From IMG/VR virus record IMGVR_UViG_2675903621_000013, positions 1 to 11,855 of that record: a stretch of 11,855 nucleotides of DNA, one strand, 5' to 3'. Positions 7,844 through 11,855 of the stretch are shown in pieces (position 1 is the first letter of the stretch; each line of letters opens with the position of its first letter). This stretch comes from a virus (taxonomy: Duplodnaviria > Heunggongvirae > Uroviricota > Caudoviricetes). Under the pieces are notes generated by a model, which was not told the DNA's origin, did not search any database, and worked only from the letters and a program-made list of their open reading frames with translations. Made by a program: the position numbers and the translations under genes.

Positions 7844-8179
7844 ATGAAGTGGATTGTGATTGATACAGTTATCCAGCCATCATGCGGAATATCTTTTTCA
7901 GTCATATGGAGTAAAATAAAATTAATAATCTGGTATCAATCGGATGCTTTCTTACCTCCTGAAAGTATATTTACACTGACTCACACAGGTATCATGCTCA
8001 ATAACAAAGTGCTACCTGTAACCATTTACAACGTAGTACCATTCAATAAAACATTCTGGAATTTAATCAAAAACAGCCAGGAATGCCCTACAAATACAGA
8101 TAACGTATTGAATGAATGCTTTAATAACCGTTGCACTCTGCAAATATGTCCTTATGGGCTAAAACAACAAAGTCCATAA
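7844..8179 (+). CDS. Hypothetical AT-rich 111-aa ORF, divergent from the late operon
   Basis: AAGGA Shine-Dalgarno 6-7 nt before the ATG; possible sigma70 promoter upstream (TTTACA ... TATACT around 7766-7795). Cysteine-rich C-terminus ([26 protein letters not shown]). No minus-strand ORF of 60 aa or more anywhere in 7724-8626. No family recognised. Confidence 0.35.
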   Translation: MKWIVIDTVIQPSCGISFSVIWSKIKLIIWYQSDAFLPPESIFTLTHTGIMLNNKVLPVTIYNVVPFNKTFWNLIKNSQECPTNTDNVLNECFNNRCTLQICPYGLKQQSP

Positions 8180-8196
8180 GGAGTTTACTCACATCT

Positions 8197-8235
8197 GACA
8201 AAATCAATATAAACAGCCCCTCCGGAGAGGGGCTG
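8197..8235 (-). terminator. Intrinsic-terminator-like hairpin (minus strand)
   Basis: Perfect 9-bp stem CAGCCCCTC / GAGGGGCTG (8214-8222 and 8227-8235) with loop CGGA. On the minus strand it is followed by TTTATATTGATTTTGT. Confidence 0.45.
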
Positions 8236-8626
8236 GAGAGTGGCGCTATGTGCCATTGCATGGTGCCGGGTGCCTCCCGGTGAATTCAGTACCAGCACCT
8301 GAATCCGCGATTATCCCATATACCTACTCGCTGATTGCCCCTCCGCACAGGGGGATTCACCATGCCAGTTTCTTTTAACAAACTCCCCGCAAACCAGACA
8401 ACAGTCAACCGCCTGAATTGTGAAGTATTTAAAAATTTCTCCCGCTAACTGATACCCGGCTAACAGTCTGGCGTTTTCTTTTTCAGCAACGGGAAAGCAA
8501 CAACCACCACACCCGCCACCAGCACACCGTCAGCCAGCACTGACATTATCCGGCTGCTGCAATGCCATTCACAAAAACAGTAAGCTATCACTTTTTACCG
8601 TAACAGGTGATAATCCAGATATGTAT

Positions 8627-8980
8627 CTACCCCAGATGAGTAATCCGAAGTTCATCCATACCACAGGTCCTGGCTATTCTGTTGTACTCCTGAACAAGAG
8701 CAAATAATTCTGAATTAGCAACCATGAACTCATCGCAAACCCTCTGTATAGCATCACTATTCAGAATAATAACGTCTCTTCCCGAAAGACGATCAGGAGT
8801 ACAGAACAAAACTGTAAAACGGCTGAAGGCCTTTGCTCGTGCTGCATTGACTATATCAATACGCTGCCTAAGGATGAAACACCCCGACGCCCCATCAATA
8901 TTCACTCTACCCACACCATATGAATGATAAATATTTAATACTGAAAAAACCATTAGACCGTATAACAAACACTCAATCAA
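8627..8980 (-). CDS. Hypothetical 117-aa ORF in the toxin slot (TTG start, no RBS); possibly a pseudogene or non-coding
   Basis: The ORF-track start is a TTG at 8978-8980. The first ATG (8951-8953) also lacks a Shine-Dalgarno. Same strand as the late operon, immediately downstream of tRNA-Arg. No family recognised. Confidence 0.3.
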   Translation of the reverse strand: MIECLLYGLMVFSVLNIYHSYGVGRVNIDGASGCFILRQRIDIVNAARAKAFSRFTVLFCTPDRLSGRDVIILNSDAIQRVCDEFMVANSELFALVQEYNRIARTCGMDELRITHLG

Positions 8981-9090
8981 TACTTAACAGAACTTTTATT
9001 TTTGACAAACATATAATATTTTCAACAATATCCTGAGCCAGGTATATTCCAGTATAAGGCTCTGCCGGAAGGAATCTGGAAGAATGAATA

Positions 9091-9167
9091 TGGCGCGTTG
9101 TACTGGATTCGAACCAGTGACCGATTGCTTAGAAGGCAATTGCTCTGTCCGGCTGAGCTAACAACGC
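9091..9167 (-). tRNA. tRNA-Arg (anticodon UCU)
   Basis: Minus-strand 77-nt sequence folds as a canonical cloverleaf: acceptor GCGTTGT/ACAACGC, D stem GCTC/GAGC, anticodon stem ATTGC/GCAAT with loop CTTCTAA, T stem ACTGG/CCAGT with loop TTCGAAT, and an encoded CCA. Confidence 0.9.
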
Positions 9168-9180
9168 TGAATACCGATAA

Positions 9181-9261
9181 TGGACCGCCATCGGGGACCA
9201 GCCCCCCGCACCAACAACCCTGTTATCGTGTCGTCTGCTCTTCCTGATAAGCTAATGGCGG
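9181..9261 (-). other. Degenerate tRNA-like element (possible pseudo-tRNA) between the two tRNA genes
   Basis: 81 nt with an encoded CCA end, a 7-bp acceptor stem (CCGCCAT/ATGGCGG), a D-stem-like GCTT/GAGC and a T-stem-like CGGGG/CCCCG, but a non-canonical T loop (GGCTGGT) and no foldable anticodon arm. Spacers to the flanking tRNAs are 7 and 13 nt. Confidence 0.3.
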
Positions 9262-9268
9262 TTTGTGA

Positions 9269-9344
9269 TGGTGGCCCTTGCTGGATTTGAACCAGCGACC
9301 TGGCGATTATGAGTCGCTCGCTCTCACCACTGAGCTAAAGGGCC
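9269..9344 (-). tRNA. tRNA with CAU anticodon, most likely tRNA-Ile2 (ileX/ileZ-like; lysidine-modified to read AUA)
   Basis: 76-nt cloverleaf: acceptor GGCCCTT/AAGGGCC, D stem GCTC/GAGC, anticodon loop CTCATAA, T stem GCTGG/CCAGC with loop TTCAAAT, encoded CCA. Close to E. coli ileX as I remember it. A Met identity cannot be excluded from sequence alone. Confidence 0.85.
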
Positions 9345-9393
9345 GGGAGCAGAATAATAATGGTGCGTAATTAATTCTGCAATCTCATCCGTT

Positions 9394-10443
9394 TCAAACG
9401 ATTAAATCCTGAACTTCCCTGACTGTCTGCTCAAAACGTCCGGTCTCCAGCTCAACACCAATCGCACGACGCCCCAGTGCCATCGCCGCTTTTACCGTTG
9501 AACCCGACCCCATGAAAAAATCCGCAACCAGATCACCAGGACGACTACTTGCGCTGATTATCTGCTGCAGCATTTCTGCCGGTTTTTCGCACGGATGTTT
9601 CCCGGGATAGAACTGCACCGGTTTATGTGTCCACACATCCGTGTACGGCACCTGCGCCGTCACACCAAAATACCGCCGCAGATGTTTATATTCACTCTGC
9701 AGCTCCGCATACTGTCGGTTCAGTGAAGTATACGTATCCACCAGCTGGTGGTGGGGCTTTTCCAGTTCCCCCCGCTGATGCTTCTCTTCTGCCACCCTGG
9801 CAAACAGTGCCTGTAATTTCAGATAATCGCTTTCGTTCGGCAACTGCCACTGACTGGCACTGAACCAGTGCGACACCATGTTTTTCTTTCCTGTGGCATC
9901 TGCAATCTGTTTTGCCGTTATCCCCGGGGCAGCGCGCGCATCACGAAAGTAAGCAATCAGCGGGGCCATCACATGCTGTTTCAGTGCCCTGCCCTTCGCC
10001 TCATACCCGGCATCTTTCGGACGATACGGCCCCTGATAATGTTCCGCGAACAGAATGCGCTCTGTGGCGGGGAAATACGCCCGCAGGCTTTCCTTGTTGC
10101 ATCCGTTCCAGCGTCCGGACGGCTTCGCCCAGATAATATGGTTCAGCACACTGAAGCGTTCACGCATCATGATTTCGATATCAGATGCCAGGCGATGACC
10201 ACAGAACAGGTAAAGACTTCCGGCAGGTTTCAGCACCCGCCAGAACTGCGCCAGACACTGGTCCAGCCACTTCAGGTAATCATCGTCGCCCTTCCACTGG
10301 TTATCCCAGCCCTCAGGCTTCACTTTAAAGTACGGCGGGTCCGTGACTATCAGGTCAACAGAATTTTCGGGTAACGACCGGATAAATTCCAGGCAGTCGG
10401 CGTTGATTAACTCACAACTGGATATTTTTACAGTATTAAGCAT
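9394..10443 (-). CDS. Beta-class amino DNA methyltransferase (N6-adenine or N4-cytosine), apparently orphan
   Basis: 349-aa ORF with the catalytic DPPY motif near the N-terminus (LIVTDPPYF) and the AdoMet-binding FxGxG motif near the C-terminus (DFFMGSGST). That motif order (IV before I) is beta-class. No restriction-endonuclease-like ORF is adjacent. Confidence 0.88.
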   Translation of the reverse strand: MLNTVKISSCELINADCLEFIRSLPENSVDLIVTDPPYFKVKPEGWDNQWKGDDDYLKWLDQCLAQFWRVLKPAGSLYLFCGHRLASDIEIMMRERFSVLNHIIWAKPSGRWNGCNKESLRAYFPATERILFAEHYQGPYRPKDAGYEAKGRALKQHVMAPLIAYFRDARAAPGITAKQIADATGKKNMVSHWFSASQWQLPNESDYLKLQALFARVAEEKHQRGELEKPHHQLVDTYTSLNRQYAELQSEYKHLRRYFGVTAQVPYTDVWTHKPVQFYPGKHPCEKPAEMLQQIISASSRPGDLVADFFMGSGSTVKAAMALGRRAIGVELETGRFEQTVREVQDLIV

Positions 10444-10580
10444 GGATCATTAAGCCTGTCTCTGATAGGCTCATTCTGCTTTTGCGCAAAGCAGTGGGCC
10501 TGAGGTTTGCTTGTGAACCCAACGCATGAGCAGATGGCTGGTGGGTGCCCCTAACACCCACCAGCCGCCCATTTACCACA

Positions 10581-10607
10581 AATAAAAAAGCCTTCACTGC
10601 GGAAGGC
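10581..10607 (-). terminator. Intrinsic terminator (minus strand) upstream of the methyltransferase
   Basis: On the minus strand, GCCTTC CGCAGT GAAGGC is followed by TTTTTTATTT (plus coordinates: A-run 10582-10589, stem 10590-10595 and 10602-10607). Confidence 0.55.
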
Positions 10608-10791
10608 GTCTGTAACAACCGAACTGATAGTCTGCCAGACCCGCCATAACCAGCTGGGTCAGTATTAACTGGCAGCGTTCGCGTGAAAGGTAAGTATTCT
10701 GCGCTATCTCCCCGACTGTCGCCGGTTCGGTAACGCTTAATTCATTAAACACCACTCTGGCGGTTTCTGTCATATCCTGCTGTTTTAGCAT
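10594..10791 (-). CDS. Small winged-helix protein, PapI/FaeA-like (65 aa from the ATG at 10789-10791)
   Basis: MLKQQDMTETARVVFNELSVTEPATVGEIAQNTYLSRERCQLILTQLVMAGLADYQFGCYRRLPQ shows the PapI/FaeA pattern (L..x..T..EIA..x..R..L..L...G). The ORF-track N-terminal extension to 10914 runs into a terminator hairpin and is rejected. The RBS is weak and the stop overlaps the downstream terminator stem, so coding status is uncertain. Confidence 0.45.
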   Translation of the reverse strand: MLKQQDMTETARVVFNELSVTEPATVGEIAQNTYLSRERCQLILTQLVMAGLADYQFGCYRRLPQ

Positions 10792-10913
10792 GTCTTTTTC
10801 CCTTTTCCGGTTAACGTGACACACCAATAACTCTTGTCGAAAAAGCCAGCAAGCTGAAAGAACGGTATTAATAACCACCAGCGAATTTATTGCGCTACTG
10901 TATATCGCGGACA

Positions 10914-10935
10914 CAAAAAAACCACCTTCCGGTGG
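10914..10935 (-). terminator. Intrinsic terminator (minus strand) about 80 nt downstream of the Q-like gene (tR'-like position)
   Basis: On the minus strand, CCACC GGAA GGTGG is followed by TTTTTTTTG (plus coordinates: stem 10922-10926 and 10931-10935, A-run 10914-10921). Confidence 0.55.
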
Positions 10936-11015
10936 CTTCCTTGTGCGAAAAAAACTTGCGTTTCGCCTCGCGATACAGCTTTGCGAAGCTTATACGGATT
11001 GAAGCAGTTTATTGA

Positions 11016-11567
11016 TCAGTTTGCAACATTTTTCTCTGTAACAAAAGCCATGCGCATGGGGGCATATAACATAAATTCAGATACCCCCAACCATTGATCA
11101 ATTCGGCGTCTGCACGTAACCAACGACCAATCAGGATGATCTGCATTTAACCTTTCGGCCATTTTCAGTTTGCTCATTCCCCGTCCTTCGTACCTTTGCC
11201 GGAGAACATTGATTAGCCCGGGATATTCCCCAAGCACCTCACTGATAACGCGATCAATAATCAACGCCTCTGTGTCTGTACAATGTGACAACCAGCTCTT
11301 CTGCTTTCCTCTTGTCATATCCCGAAAAAATGCCTCAAGTTCCGGTTTTTCCAGCCCGGATTTCTTCATTCTGCGTAAAACCTCATTAACTGCTGTTTTC
11401 GTCAGCTTTTTCGAAACCAGTAACCGGTTAAACATATTTCCGGATTTACCCCCACCGATATACGACCACCGCCCCCACATCCGTAATTTCCCCTGGATCC
11501 AGACTGCTTCCAGCGTGTTCAGGCGTAAATGTTCGCCGCTTTTGCCTGTAATTTCCGGATATATCAT
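11016..11567 (-). CDS. Putative late-gene antiterminator Q (Q21/QuuD-like family)
   Basis: Positional: immediately downstream of rusA and upstream of terminators, tRNAs and the lysis cassette, where Q sits in lambdoid phages. Contains an MWGRW motif resembling the WGxW motif I recall in Q21/QuuD-family antiterminators. The ORF-track start is a GTG at 11577-11579; the ATG at 11565-11567 (MIYPEITG...) is the more likely start. Confidence 0.6.
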   Translation of the reverse strand: MIYPEITGKSGEHLRLNTLEAVWIQGKLRMWGRWSYIGGGKSGNMFNRLLVSKKLTKTAVNEVLRRMKKSGLEKPELEAFFRDMTRGKQKSWLSHCTDTEALIIDRVISEVLGEYPGLINVLRQRYEGRGMSKLKMAERLNADHPDWSLVTCRRRIDQWLGVSEFMLYAPMRMAFVTEKNVAN

Positions 11568-11575
11568 ATTTACGC

Positions 11576-11855
11576 TCACTCACTCTCAATTTTGTAAATC
11601 TTCACACCCAGCCGTCCACCAGATACTGGCTGACCACGTACAATATTGATTTCATCAAACTGCTCGTCATCAATGAGCACTCCCGCATGCGTCAGCGCAT
11701 CCAGCGGTGCTTTCAGAATGTTGTCCAGGTCGCGACGACGCTTATCCGGTGGCTCTGCAATCACCTTTATCGCCAGCCTTCCGGACAGGCTTAATTTCAG
11801 CCGCTGCTGGCGAACAATAAGCGCCACAGCCCGGCGATAACGCTCACCGGCTTTT
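11576..11855 (-). CDS. rusA: Holliday-junction resolvase RusA (C-terminal part; start lies beyond the window end)
   Basis: ...PPDKRRRDLDNILKAPLDALTHAGVLIDDEQFDEINIVRGQPVSGGRLGVKIYKIESE matches the RusA C-terminal region (DRRRRDLDN...) as I remember it. The reading frame is open to the window edge. Confidence 0.85.
   Translation of the reverse strand, partial: KAGERYRRAVALIVRQQRLKLSLSGRLAIKVIAEPPDKRRRDLDNILKAPLDALTHAGVLIDDEQFDEINIVRGQPVSGGRLGVKIYKIESE

Noticed and set aside
7600-9090. Shiga toxin genes stxA/stxB in the canonical slot between the tRNAs and nanS-p
   Set aside because: No reading frame in either orientation resembles Stx A (~319 aa, signal peptide and RNA N-glycosidase motifs) or Stx B (~89 aa). 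The only ORFs are a 117-aa and a 111-aa frame with no convincing similarity on inspection.
9627-10374. Plus-strand ORFs inside the methyltransferase gene (9627..9863, 9868..10374, 9912..10136)
   Set aside because: Antisense to a well-supported methyltransferase ORF with conserved motifs; Pro/Arg/Ser-rich composition typical of GC-rich antisense frames.
10538-10564. GC-rich 10-bp-stem hairpin as an intrinsic terminator
   Set aside because: No U-run follows it on either strand; kept only as a structured-leader or binding-site observation.
10436-10618. 60-aa minus-strand ORF overlapping the methyltransferase start
   Set aside because: It begins inside the 10581-10607 terminator hairpin and overlaps the methyltransferase initiation region in another frame, with no RBS.
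10792-10914. N-terminal 41-aa extension of the PapI/FaeA-like ORF (track start 10914)
   Set aside because: The extension would start within the 10914-10935 terminator; the conserved wHTH-like part begins at the internal Met.
11170-11840. Plus-strand ORFs 11170..11649 and 11646..11840
   Set aside because: Antisense to the Q-like and rusA genes; Ser/Arg/Cys-rich low-complexity translations.
1-11855. CRISPR arrays, insertion sequences, integrase or att sites, rRNA genes
   Set aside because: No direct-repeat/spacer periodicity, no transposase-like or integrase-like frames and no rRNA-like sequence were seen. The window lies internal to the prophage late region, so att and int are not expected here.

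Overview
This window is the late region of a lambdoid prophage from an E. coli-like enterobacterium, running through an intact lambda-type cos site into the head-packaging genes. All phage genes read on the minus strand, in this order from high to low coordinates: rusA (3' part), a Q-like antiterminator, two intrinsic terminators flanking a small PapI/FaeA-like wHTH ORF, a beta-class DNA methyltransferase, a tRNA cluster (Ile2-CAU, a degenerate tRNA-like element, Arg-UCU), an AT-rich cargo segment of unknown function, a nanS-p-type esterase, a phage-21/Qin-type lysis cassette (pinholin, an inserted 185-aa ORF, SAR endolysin), lambda-type Rz/Rz1, cosN, then terminase small (Nu1-like) and large (gpA-like, truncated by the window edge) subunits. 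Two plus-strand moron genes (an RHH-like small protein and a DUF1398/ybcV-like protein) sit between Rz and cos, where lambda carries bor. The layout matches Stx-converting phages (Q, MTase, tRNAs, toxin slot, nanS-p, lysis), but no stx genes are present; the toxin slot holds uncharacterised AT-rich sequence instead. All protein and family assignments come from reading translations against remembered sequences; no database search was run. The most promising places for undescribed biology are the toxin-slot cargo (7600-9090), the ORF inserted inside the lysis cassette, the small membrane ORF coupled to Rz, and the wHTH/palindrome region ahead of the methyltransferase.
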